Source: Candidatus Micrarchaeota archaeon (GTDB lineage Archaea; Micrarchaeota; Micrarchaeia; Micrarchaeales; CABMGC01). From it: a stretch of DNA of 64,000 nucleotides. A program made the translations under genes and the position numbers. Shown here in pieces: positions 17,924-27,053 of the stretch. Every line of letters starts with the position of its first letter. The first letter of the stretch is position 1. The notes below the pieces were generated by a model. It was not told where the DNA came from and made no database searches. It saw only the letters and a program-made list of their open reading frames with translations. Where the stretch lies: positions 186,900-250,899 of the forward strand of contig JAWDMB010000001.1 in the NCBI GenBank assembly GCA_046536795.1. Direction: 5' to 3'.

Positions 17924-20467
17924 TTACTCACTCTGCATCTCTTTTATAACCTCTTTTACTGGGTCTATACCATCGCCACCATATATTGTTTGAAGCAGCT
18001 TTCCATGAACATCTCTAACTGTAAGATCATAATCAACATAGTAATCTTGTAATGCATTATTTATTCTTCTATAAAGATAACCGCTTCTAGCGGTAAGCAG
18101 CGCTTTGTATACCTCCGAACCTCTTGAACCGATTGCATGCATATAGAAGTCTATAGGTGTTAAGCCGTGGAAGTAGTTTGATACTACAAAACCTCTTGCT
18201 GGAGGTGTTATATCATTTGGCTTTATATGTGGCAAAACTCTATTTGTTGCATATCCACGTTTTATTCTGCCACCAGATAGGGTTGCTTGCTGGCCCAGCA
18301 GCATATTCATCTGCACAACGTTCTTTTCACTACCTCTTGAACCTGCAAAAGCCATAAGTACAACGTCATTATCCTTTTCGCTGTGTGTTACAACATACTT
18401 TGCCGCAGCTGCTCTAGCAAGATCAAGCTCTGCGATTATCATTCTCTCTAAGGATTGCTTAAGCGTATAGCCGACAAGCGGCTCGAGCGTTTTCTTTTTG
18501 TAGCTCTCTATAAGCTCGTTTACCTTCTTAAATGTTCTTTCAATTATTGCAAGCCTCTCCCTTTCTACATCTTCATTTATCATATATTCTTTTATTCCGA
18601 CTGTTATACCAGCAAGCGTAACGAATGCGTCTGCAAGTCTTGATGATCTGTTAAGAAAATCGCTTACTGCTTCCATGCCAAAATCTGCTGCAATCTTTGC
18701 GAGTAGCCTGCTTCCTCTGCCATAAGTTTCTTTTGTAAGAACACCTTCTACAAGTTTGCCATTTACAATCTTTACTGTTTGGCCTCTTACCTTTTGTTCA
18801 AAATTAAGTTTTGGTGGAAGGAGCATCGAGAATATATCTTTTCCAGCATATAAGCCATCTTTTCCAGGTTTTGGAAGTTCATATATACCAGCAAGCGCAA
18901 GCAGATAGCTAGCTTCTTTTTTTGTAAGCCTTGTTGTGTCTTCTGTTAGCAAATACATTCCCGTTACGCCGTCTTCATTGTTGGTAATTATAGCATCGCC
19001 CGTTCTTGGCGAGAATATTTGGTTGTTTACCCACATCAAATACTTTGCCTCTGCCTGTGCTTCTAATGTTTGTGGAACGTGCAAATTCATTTCGTCTCCG
19101 TCGAAGTCTGCACCATATGGGTGTGTTGCATCGAAATTGAGCCTAAACGTTTTTCCAGGCAATACCCTTACCTTATGGGCCATTATATTTATTCTGTGTA
19201 ATGAAGGCTGCCTGTTAAATATTACAATATCGCCATCGATAAGCTGCCTCTCTAGTATATCGCCAGGTGCTATACTTTTAATAATTTCTTCCCTTGCACT
19301 TTCTACTATTCTCTTCCTCTTGCCGTCTTTTGTTATTATGTCAACAACCATCGGATATTCTGTTCTTGAAAGCCACTCTTTGGCTTTTTCCATATTCCAT
19401 TCTGTTACATAGAATGGAACTGTGAGCTTCTTTGCAACCTCGTAAGGGACACCAACTTCATCGATGTCGATGTAAGGGTCTACAGATATTACAGTTCTAG
19501 CCGAGAAATTAACCCTTTTACCACTTAAGTTATATCTAAACCTACCCTCCTTTCCCTTTAATCTTTGTGCAAGCGTCTTAAGTGCTCTTCCACTTCTGTG
19601 CCTTGCTGGTGGTATACCAGGTGATTCGTTGTTGAAATAGGTTGTAACGTGATACTGAAGAAGTTCCCACAGATCATCTATAATTATTTGTGGAGCGCCA
19701 GCGTTTATGTTTTGTTCAAGCCTCTGGTTTATACGCATTATCTCTACTAGCTTATGTGTTAAATCATCTTCGCTCCTTTCTCCAGATTCTAGCGTTATTG
19801 AAGGCCTTACATTTACTGGCGGTACAAGAAGGTTTGTAAGCACAAGCCATTCGGGCCTGCTTGTTGTAGGATCTATGCCGAGAAGCCTCAGATCATCGTC
19901 GCTTATCTTGCTGAGCCTATCTCTTATCTCGTCAGGCTTAATCCTTCTATCTCCAATATAAAAGAATGTTGGGGGTTCAAACTTTATTTTTTGCTGAACA
20001 GCACCGCAGTGTGGACACTTCTTTATGCTTCTAAGTTTCTTTAATATTTGATTTTTCTCATTTATCTTATCAATGTCTGTTGCTTCTTCGCCTTCACTTA
20101 CAACAATTTGTCTCATTGTTTCCTTTAGATCAGATATCTGCTCCTCATTAAGCAAAACCCTACCACATTCCTGGCATGTTGACTGAAGGAGCATATATAT
20201 TATTTTAGCAAATTCAGAATGTATAACTGGTCTTACAAGCTCTATGTGGCCAAAGTGGCCAGGGCACACCTTGGCTCTTGCACCGCATGTTTTGCAAACA
20301 AGACCAGGGTCGATAACCCCAAGCCTCTGATCTACAAGGCCGCCATCAATTGGGTAGCCGTCTTCATTGTATGTATCTGGCACGGTAAGCTTTGCCACGC
20401 TAAGCTTTCTTATCTGCTCCGGTGAAAGTATACCAAACTTTATATAATCTATAGATTCAGCTTGCAT
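17924..20467 (-). CDS. rpoA1: RNA polymerase subunit A' (Rpo1N)
   Basis: CPGHFGHIEL, RLKGKEGRFR.NL.GKRV, NRQPSLH, ADFDGDEM. Confidence 0.97.
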   Translation of the reverse strand: MQAESIDYIKFGILSPEQIRKLSVAKLTVPDTYNEDGYPIDGGLVDQRLGVIDPGLVCKTCGARAKVCPGHFGHIELVRPVIHSEFAKIIYMLLQSTCQECGRVLLNEEQISDLKETMRQIVVSEGEEATDIDKINEKNQILKKLRSIKKCPHCGAVQQKIKFEPPTFFYIGDRRIKPDEIRDRLSKISDDDLRLLGIDPTTSRPEWLVLTNLLVPPVNVRPSITLESGERSEDDLTHKLVEIMRINQRLEQNINAGAPQIIIDDLWELLQYHVTTYFNNESPGIPPARHRSGRALKTLAQRLKGKEGRFRYNLSGKRVNFSARTVISVDPYIDIDEVGVPYEVAKKLTVPFYVTEWNMEKAKEWLSRTEYPMVVDIITKDGKRKRIVESAREEIIKSIAPGDILERQLIDGDIVIFNRQPSLHRINIMAHKVRVLPGKTFRLNFDATHPYGADFDGDEMNLHVPQTLEAQAEAKYLMWVNNQIFSPRTGDAIITNNEDGVTGMYLLTEDTTRLTKKEASYLLALAGIYELPKPGKDGLYAGKDIFSMLLPPKLNFEQKVRGQTVKIVNGKLVEGVLTKETYGRGSRLLAKIAADFGMEAVSDFLNRSSRLADAFVTLAGITVGIKEYMINEDVERERLAIIERTFKKVNELIESYKKKTLEPLVGYTLKQSLERMIIAELDLARAAAAKYVVTHSEKDNDVVLMAFAGSRGSEKNVVQMNMLLGQQATLSGGRIKRGYATNRVLPHIKPNDITPPARGFVVSNYFHGLTPIDFYMHAIGSRGSEVYKALLTARSGYLYRRINNALQDYYVDYDLTVRDVHGKLLQTIYGGDGIDPVKEVIKEMQSE

Positions 20468-20473
20468 AAAATA

Positions 20474-22303
20474 TCACTCCTTCAGTTTTATTTTAGGGAA
20501 GATATGCAAAGACTTAATCTCATCGAGGAGAAGCTTGAAAGCGTAGCTTATCTCAACCTCCTCTAGATTGTTGCTCCCACATATCGGACAAACATCAACC
20601 TTCTTTATATAATCATGATAACCTATATTGCCGCATTCCTTGCACACAAGAACCTTTGTTTTGTCGCTCTGGTCAAGAAGTCTTTCCTTGAGCAGCAAGC
20701 TTGCACCATAACCTACTAATACATCTCTTTCCATCTCTCCAAACCTAAGACCACCCTGTCTTGCCTTTCCTTCTGTAGGCTGGTGTGTTAATATTTGTAC
20801 AGGACCTCTGCTTCTTACCTGTAGTTTGTTGCTAACCATATGGTAAAGCCTGTTGTAATAGGCTATTCCAATAAAGAGCTCAGACTTAAATGGTTCACCT
20901 GTTATACCATCATATAATATCTCTTCACCATATCTATCGAAGCCATGTTGCTCAATTATCTTTGCATACTCTTCAATTCTTTTATCACCCTCCTCAGCAA
21001 ACGGCGTGCCATCTATTTGCTTTCCTGTAAATGCTGCAGCCTTGCCAGCAAGCTCCTCTAGCAAATGACCAAATGTAAGTCTTGAAGGTATACTGTGCGG
21101 GTTAAGTAGAAGATCAGGCACTATACCATCTTTTGTAAAAGGCATATCTTCAGGCGGAACAATGAGTGCAACAACTCCCTTCTGCCCATGCCTGCTTGCA
21201 AACTTATCTCCTTTCTCAGGTATTCTCAAACTTCTAACCCTTACTTTTACTATCTTTGTCTTGCCTGTTGTCTCTGAAATGATTACGCTGTCTACTACAC
21301 CATGTTCACCAGACTTTAGGGCTATTGAGTCATCTCTTATCTTTTCTTCCAATCCGGTCGCACCCAGATTTTCTTCTAAGAATCTTGGTGGTGCCACCTT
21401 TCCTATTAGAACGTCACCTTCATCTACTTCTGTTTCGGGTTCTACAATACCATCATCGCTCAGCTTTGAATAAGCACTTTCTCCCATATAGCCTTCTGCT
21501 GTTGGGGGTGGAATCATAAAAGTATCCTTCTGGCCACTTGAGTATCTTCTCTCTTCATCAGCATAGGTTTTATAAAACATGCTTCTTCCCAAACCTCTGT
21601 CTACAGCAGCTTTGTTTAATACTACAGCATCAGCCATATTATAGCCGTAGTATGATGCAAGTGCTACAACGAAGTTCTGGCCACTAGGATGTGTTTCTAT
21701 CTTAGCCGCCTTATAAGGAACCGTTGTTATCAGAGGAACTTGTGGATAAAAAAGTATATAGGATCTTGAATCAAATCTTAAATTGAAGTTTGTAGCATAT
21801 AGACCTTCGCTCTGTTTTATAAAGTTTGCGCTCATTGCATGCCTTGCTGCGCTATTGTGCTCTTGATATGGGCTTGAACCAAGAGTAAAGCCGAAGATAG
21901 AATCCAAGTCTACTTCCAAATGCGTTGTTTCGTTTGTTATCTTGCTTTCATCCAACGCAACAAGTATATTTTCTTCCTCTTCAGCATCAAGATATTCTAT
22001 AATGCCATGCCTTACAAGATAGTTGAAATCTATCTCTTTCTTCTTCAGCTTTTCAAGAAGATCAGGAGTTAACTTTGATTTACCATTCTCAACAATAATA
22101 TATGGCTTTCTTACTCTTCCAACATCTGTGTTTACATGAACCACATTTTCCTTGCTAAGGTAGGCAACATTTACTTCACCAGAGATAATGCCGTTCCTTC
22201 TAGCACGCCTAATCTCATTTGCATATTCTTCTCCATTTTCTACGTAGCCTATAATCCTGCCGTTTAGATAAACGTAACATTTTTCGTTTATTTTCTTAAC
22301 CAA
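20474..22303 (-). CDS. rpoB1: RNA polymerase subunit B' (Rpo2 C-terminal part)
   Basis: GDKFASRHGQKG, NPHSIPSR, GGLRFGEMERD, C-terminal Zn finger. Confidence 0.96.
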   Translation of the reverse strand: MVKKINEKCYVYLNGRIIGYVENGEEYANEIRRARRNGIISGEVNVAYLSKENVVHVNTDVGRVRKPYIIVENGKSKLTPDLLEKLKKKEIDFNYLVRHGIIEYLDAEEEENILVALDESKITNETTHLEVDLDSIFGFTLGSSPYQEHNSAARHAMSANFIKQSEGLYATNFNLRFDSRSYILFYPQVPLITTVPYKAAKIETHPSGQNFVVALASYYGYNMADAVVLNKAAVDRGLGRSMFYKTYADEERRYSSGQKDTFMIPPPTAEGYMGESAYSKLSDDGIVEPETEVDEGDVLIGKVAPPRFLEENLGATGLEEKIRDDSIALKSGEHGVVDSVIISETTGKTKIVKVRVRSLRIPEKGDKFASRHGQKGVVALIVPPEDMPFTKDGIVPDLLLNPHSIPSRLTFGHLLEELAGKAAAFTGKQIDGTPFAEEGDKRIEEYAKIIEQHGFDRYGEEILYDGITGEPFKSELFIGIAYYNRLYHMVSNKLQVRSRGPVQILTHQPTEGKARQGGLRFGEMERDVLVGYGASLLLKERLLDQSDKTKVLVCKECGNIGYHDYIKKVDVCPICGSNNLEEVEISYAFKLLLDEIKSLHIFPKIKLKE

Positions 22304-22314
22304 AACACCACCTA

Positions 22315-23784
22315 TTAATCCTTCTTCAATCCGAGCTCCTTTAGCTTCTCTTCGGTGAACTTCTCATCAGCACCTATTGTTACCTTTGCCATCATTGCAA
22401 GATATTTTGTGAGTCCTACCTCTTGGCCCTCTGGAGATTCAGAAGGGCATATCTTGCCCCACTGTGTTCCATGGACGTCTCTAGCTCTAAAGTGGGGGTG
22501 CTTTTTTGCAAGTGGCGACTTTACACGCCTTAAATGAGCATATGTGCTCATAATATTTGTTCTGTCAAGAACCTGCGATACACCAGTCTGGCCTGCAACC
22601 CACGTGCCCGTGCCCATTGCATATAAGATTTTTTCAGTTAGCGTGTCTGAGCTCACTATAGTTTGTATGCTCATTTTTCTTCCACGTGCACTTGTTCTTT
22701 CGATCTGGTACTTGACATCTTTTACGAAAAACTTGAACGCATAAGCAAAAAGCTCTTCCATTAGGTCGCCAGCAAGCTTGAGCCTTTTGTTTGCATAATG
22801 ATCTTTGTCATCTTGTTTAAGATATTTATTAGCAACGAGCGAAGCTCTTTTTGCTGCTTCGATAAGATATTTTCCTTTTTCCTTTCTATCCTCTGGGGTG
22901 ATGCCTATATGTGGGAGCAAGTAGTTGTCTAATACTGTTTCTGCGCGCTTCCTCTGATAGTCTTCTGCTTGTCCTGGCGCTATCTCCTTTCCTATCTTTA
23001 GTATAGCTTCTGATGGGCCAATATCGTTTGCTTCGCTGCCCTCTATATTGTAGATAAAATCATTCTTAACAGCCTGTATAGATTCGATCTGCTTAATTAT
23101 ATCATTTACTGTAAGGCCAAGAGCCCTTAGTAAAAGTATAAGCTCTGTATTCTTAGGCCCGTTCGGGAAGTTTACAACAAATGAGCCGCGCTGATTTCTT
23201 GATACTGCGCACCTTGCCCTAAATGTACCTACTGTAGAAAAGATCTTGCTTGTAACCTCTGTGCCACCTTTTTCTTTTGCTGTAATTATCCTGTTTGGTG
23301 CAAGATCTTCTAAGCCTATAAGAACACGTTCTGTACCTTTTATTATGAAATAACCACCAGGATCGTCAGGGTCTTCTCCACTCTTTATAAGCTGGTCCCT
23401 TGACATATTCTTCATATGGCATAGATTGCTTCTTACCATCACAGGCAGCTCTCCTATGAAAACTTCGCCATACGATGCCTCTTTCTCTATGCCTCTTATA
23501 ACAGGTATAAACTCTAGGAATATTGGTGCTGCATATGTAAGGTTTCTTAGCCTTGCCTCATTAGGCATTATACTGCGTCTTGAACTGTCTGCTTCTATTA
23601 TTGAAGGTTTCTCAAGCCTGACTCTGCCCAGCTTAAGTGAGAAATCTTCTATGTTTGGTTGTATCGAACCTTGCTTTGCTATAACGCGCTGAATACCAAA
23701 ATCTAAAAATCTGTTAAAGCTCTCTATCTGCTGCTGGACTAGAGAAGTTGAGCTCAAATATGCTTCGAGTATCTCGTCTGCCAT
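22315..23784 (-). CDS. rpoB2: RNA polymerase subunit B'' (Rpo2 N-terminal part)
   Basis: PNEARLRNLTY, DPGGYFII.G.ERV, DDKDHYANKRL, GVSQVLDR. Confidence 0.96.
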   Translation of the reverse strand: MADEILEAYLSSTSLVQQQIESFNRFLDFGIQRVIAKQGSIQPNIEDFSLKLGRVRLEKPSIIEADSSRRSIMPNEARLRNLTYAAPIFLEFIPVIRGIEKEASYGEVFIGELPVMVRSNLCHMKNMSRDQLIKSGEDPDDPGGYFIIKGTERVLIGLEDLAPNRIITAKEKGGTEVTSKIFSTVGTFRARCAVSRNQRGSFVVNFPNGPKNTELILLLRALGLTVNDIIKQIESIQAVKNDFIYNIEGSEANDIGPSEAILKIGKEIAPGQAEDYQRKRAETVLDNYLLPHIGITPEDRKEKGKYLIEAAKRASLVANKYLKQDDKDHYANKRLKLAGDLMEELFAYAFKFFVKDVKYQIERTSARGRKMSIQTIVSSDTLTEKILYAMGTGTWVAGQTGVSQVLDRTNIMSTYAHLRRVKSPLAKKHPHFRARDVHGTQWGKICPSESPEGQEVGLTKYLAMMAKVTIGADEKFTEEKLKELGLKKD

Positions 23785-23787
23785 AAA

Positions 23788-24039
23788 TCAACCCTTTACA
23801 ACAAGCCTGTAGTATACATATTTATTTTTACCTTGAAAGGGTGGATCTTTTCTATATATTTTTATAATCTGACCAGGTTTAGCACCTAATTTTTTTGCTT
23901 GTGGGTCGCTCTCGAATATTTTAGGTAGGTCTTCTTTATTTACATGCAACTCTTCTAAAACTTTCTTAGCCTCTGCATCTGTTAATAACTCATGAACTGG
24001 TACTAATATGTGCCCTGTTTCTTCTACCAAGACATCCAC
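23788..24039 (-). CDS. rpoH: RNA polymerase subunit H (Rpo5)
   Basis: HILVPVHELL, LPKI..SDP, YYRLV. Confidence 0.95.
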   Translation of the reverse strand: MDVLVEETGHILVPVHELLTDAEAKKVLEELHVNKEDLPKIFESDPQAKKLGAKPGQIIKIYRKDPPFQGKNKYVYYRLVVKG

Positions 24040-24288
24040 CTAAAATGAGCGCTCACTGAGAATACACATACAGGCTCTATTTATATTGCGCAATAACATT
24101 TATAAATATTTATATCAAATTTAATACCTACTTTATGCACCATTTATGCGTTAGGCAAAGTGCTATTTGTTTCTCTTTTCATCGCTTTTCTCGTTTTTGG
24201 TCTTCTATATAGCACTTCATTTATTTCTAAAAGTTCACAAAACTTGCTACTCAGCAAGCTTTTAAATTTTGAATTTAAAGATACTAAC

Positions 24289-25263
24289 ATGCTTGTAATG
24301 GGTATAGAAAGCAGCGCGCATACTTTGGGAGTTGGTATAGTAAAAAACGGCGAGATACTTGCGAATGAAAAGATCTCTTATAATGTAGGAAGCGGAGGCA
24401 TGATACCTTCTAAAGTGGCTGAATTCCATATAGAGAATGTTAGCAAGGTTATAGAGTCTTCTTTGAAGAAAGCCGGTATAAGCTTAAAGCAAATAGAAGG
24501 TATAGGTTATACGCGTGGACCAGGTATGGGGCCTTGCCTTCAAGTTGGTGAGCTAGCTGCAAAGACAATAGCAAATAAGCTTGGCATACCAATAACACAA
24601 GTGAACCACGGGGTAGGGCATATCGAGATAACTAAGCATGTCGCAGGTTTAAATGATCCACTCGCACTTTATGTTAGTGGTGGTAATTCACAAATATTAA
24701 AGCTTGTTGATAAGCCATATAGACACTACCATGTTCTTGGAGAAACGCTTGATATAGGCATTGGAAACATGCTTGATTCGTTCGCAAGGGAGCTCAAGCT
24801 TGTTCCTGCGTGGGGCTCTAGCGTTGAGAAAGAAGCAGAAGGTGGAAAATATATAGAAATGCCTTATACTGTAAAGGGTATGGACTTTGCATTTACAGGC
24901 CTTCTGACTTATGCGAAAAAGCTTATAGGAAAAGTAAGCAATAAAGATCTTTGTTACTCTCTTCAAGAGACCGCTTTTAGTATGATATGCGAAGCCACAG
25001 AGAGGGCTCTTTTACTTACAAAAAGCAGAGAGCTTTGCGTTTGCGGCGGTGTTGCGCAAAGTACAAGGCTTAAGGAGATGCTAAGCAATATAGCAAAAGA
25101 GCATAATGTGAAGTTCGGCTTTGCACCAAACGAGTTCAACGGAGATAATGGGGCAATGATTGCATATGTGGCTGAAAGACTTATTAAGAGCGGTTATACT
25201 AGCAAAATAGAAGAATGTGGAATAGAGCAAAGGTATAGGATTGAAAAGGCGGTGGTTCCTTGA
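24289..25263 (+). CDS. kae1: KEOPS t6A synthase Kae1
   Basis: GIESSAH, GPGMGP.L, VNH..GHIE, LYVSGGN, DNGAMIA. Confidence 0.95.
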   Translation: MLVMGIESSAHTLGVGIVKNGEILANEKISYNVGSGGMIPSKVAEFHIENVSKVIESSLKKAGISLKQIEGIGYTRGPGMGPCLQVGELAAKTIANKLGIPITQVNHGVGHIEITKHVAGLNDPLALYVSGGNSQILKLVDKPYRHYHVLGETLDIGIGNMLDSFARELKLVPAWGSSVEKEAEGGKYIEMPYTVKGMDFAFTGLLTYAKKLIGKVSNKDLCYSLQETAFSMICEATERALLLTKSRELCVCGGVAQSTRLKEMLSNIAKEHNVKFGFAPNEFNGDNGAMIAYVAERLIKSGYTSKIEECGIEQRYRIEKAVVP

Positions 25264-25847
25264 AGCTATTGAGTGAGGGAGCAGAGGCAAGAATATATAT
25301 GCAAGAAATATTCGGCGAGCGAGTAGTGGTAAAAGAGAGGATTAAAAAAGAATATAGGGTGGCAAGCTTAGATGAAAAGCTTAGGCTTGCAAGAACTAAG
25401 AATGAAGCCAGGATTTTGTATAGGGCGTTTAAAGCCGGAGTTAAAACACCAAGGCTTATTGGTGTTGGAAGGTTCTCAATCTATATGAGCTATCTTGAAG
25501 GAAAACTGCTACGTGATGTAAAGAAGAGCTCATATCTACTAAGGCAAGCCGGCCTTCTTCTTGCTAAGATGCACAATGCTGATATTGCACATGGCGATTT
25601 TACCCCTGCAAACATAGTGGTAAGCAAAAACAGTGTCTATGTTATAGATTTTGGATTAGCAGAGATAAGCAAAAGTATAGAGGAAAAGGCGATAGACCTG
25701 CTTTTGATGAAGCGCTCCCTCAACGAGAAGCAATATAAGGTGCTTGCAGATTCATATGCAAAAGCCTATAAGGAATCGAGTAATATATTCAGAAAGCTTG
25801 CTGAAATAGAGAAGCGCGGCAGATACCAGATAAGAACACTTGCTTAG
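25260..25847 (+). CDS. bud32: KEOPS kinase Bud32
   Basis: GAEA, RTKNEAR, HGDFT..N, IDFGL. Confidence 0.93.
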   Translation: MKLLSEGAEARIYMQEIFGERVVVKERIKKEYRVASLDEKLRLARTKNEARILYRAFKAGVKTPRLIGVGRFSIYMSYLEGKLLRDVKKSSYLLRQAGLLLAKMHNADIAHGDFTPANIVVSKNSVYVIDFGLAEISKSIEEKAIDLLLMKRSLNEKQYKVLADSYAKAYKESSNIFRKLAEIEKRGRYQIRTLA

Positions 25848-26034
25848 TTCTTCTCTAATTTTAAAGCCGGCAAGTTTCTTTTGCACCATTTCTCTGCATT
25901 CAAGAGACTTGCCTCTTTTCTTGAGGGGGCTCAGAAAATTAGAACTCAGTGCAAGTATTTCTTTTATCTAATTACACCTTTATTCAAAAATAAAAAGTCA
26001 TCTTCCCTGCTCGAGCTGTTCTGCTTTCAAAAAT

Positions 26035-26084
26035 TTACAGAATGCATAGCAGAAGGCCCACGAATTTATTCGTGGGGGTGTCAG
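26035..26084 (+). repeat. Miniature IS200/IS605-like hairpin element, copy 1
   Basis: TTAC-AGAATGCATAGCAG-AAGG-CCCACGAATTTATTCGTGGG-GGTG-TCAG; similar copies at 38838 and 45234. Confidence 0.75.
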
Positions 26085-26198
26085 TTAGAGCTCACCAACC
26101 CTTCTCTTCTGCGCCCTCTTTAATCTTCTTCTTCTTTTCTTTACCCACTTCCAGCGCATTCTTCCTTTCTTTTTCCATTTTCTAGGTATACTTCCCAT
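26085..26198 (-). CDS. rpl41e: Ribosomal protein eL41 (37 aa, absent from the ORF track)
   Basis: Translated by hand: [37 protein letters not shown]; GGTG ribosome-binding site upstream. Confidence 0.9.
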   Translation of the reverse strand: MGSIPRKWKKKGRMRWKWVKKRRRRLKRAQKRRVGEL

Positions 26199-26281
26199 TA
26201 AAACACCATACAAATTATCGCAAGAATATTTAGTATATAAGATTTTTATATGTTGATAACTAAATCTATTTGGTGCTTTAT

Positions 26282-27052
26282 ATGCATAAAGGGGCCATAG
26301 CCTATTTAGTAATAGGCATTTTTCTTCTAATAATCTTCCTACTTTGGTATGTGCACATAGGAGCTAGCAAGCACATAACAACAATTACTACAATAGCATC
26401 AACAACTTCCTCCCTGACTACTACCATTATTAATAAAAATTTAACTAACACTACGACAACAACGACAATACCTCCTGTAGGTAGCTGCTTGTCACCAAAT
26501 AAAACATTGGCCTTGGAAAACGGCAATTTCTCTACAGGCACATATGAGGATTGGAACTTAACAGGCTATGGTTTTGGGAGCGCACCACTAAATATTACAT
26601 GGGCTAACAATAATTCATGCTATTATAACACAACATGGATGGGCTACAATGGCAATTTCTTTGCAACAACATATCATTGCGGCCTTGTCCTACAAGTAGG
26701 AAATCTTACCTCAAAGCCATTTGAAGTAGTGCTGCCTTATCTTAACTTCAAAATAATCTCACCTTATGATGCACAGCTATATGTTGAGATAATAAAGGAC
26801 GGCAAGCCTGTAATAATAACACATTATAATACCTACAATGCGCCAGGCAATCTTTATCCGACAAGCCAATTCGAGAATGCAAGCATACCTATTGCAATGT
26901 TTATGTGCCAGAATGTAAGCGTTAGAGTAGTTGCAAATGTGGTTGGCACTGTTGTAAACAGGCTTGACTATATAGCAGTGGGCGACTTTTATCAGAGTGC
27001 AGTGCCAATACAAACACCCGGCATCGTTGTAAACCAGCAGATAGTAAGTTGA
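26282..27052 (+). CDS. Membrane-anchored extracellular protein with Thr-rich linker
   Basis: N-terminal TM helix, Thr/Ser-rich stalk, ENGNFSTG..W carbohydrate-binding-like motif, many sequons. Confidence 0.7.
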   Translation: MHKGAIAYLVIGIFLLIIFLLWYVHIGASKHITTITTIASTTSSLTTTIINKNLTNTTTTTTIPPVGSCLSPNKTLALENGNFSTGTYEDWNLTGYGFGSAPLNITWANNNSCYYNTTWMGYNGNFFATTYHCGLVLQVGNLTSKPFEVVLPYLNFKIISPYDAQLYVEIIKDGKPVIITHYNTYNAPGNLYPTSQFENASIPIAMFMCQNVSVRVVANVVGTVVNRLDYIAVGDFYQSAVPIQTPGIVVNQQIVS

Positions 27053-27053
27053 T

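Noticed and set aside
24160-24288. Apparent hydrophobic N-terminal extension on Kae1
   Set aside because: AT-rich promoter region; Kae1 homology starts at the ATG at 24289.
25848-26034. Possible gene fragment between bud32 and mini-element copy 1
   Set aside because: Short open stretches without a credible start or recognisable motif.
26370-26470. ACA/ACT/ACG-rich repeats (also 63905-64000)
   Set aside because: Thr-rich linker codons, not a tandem array or CRISPR.
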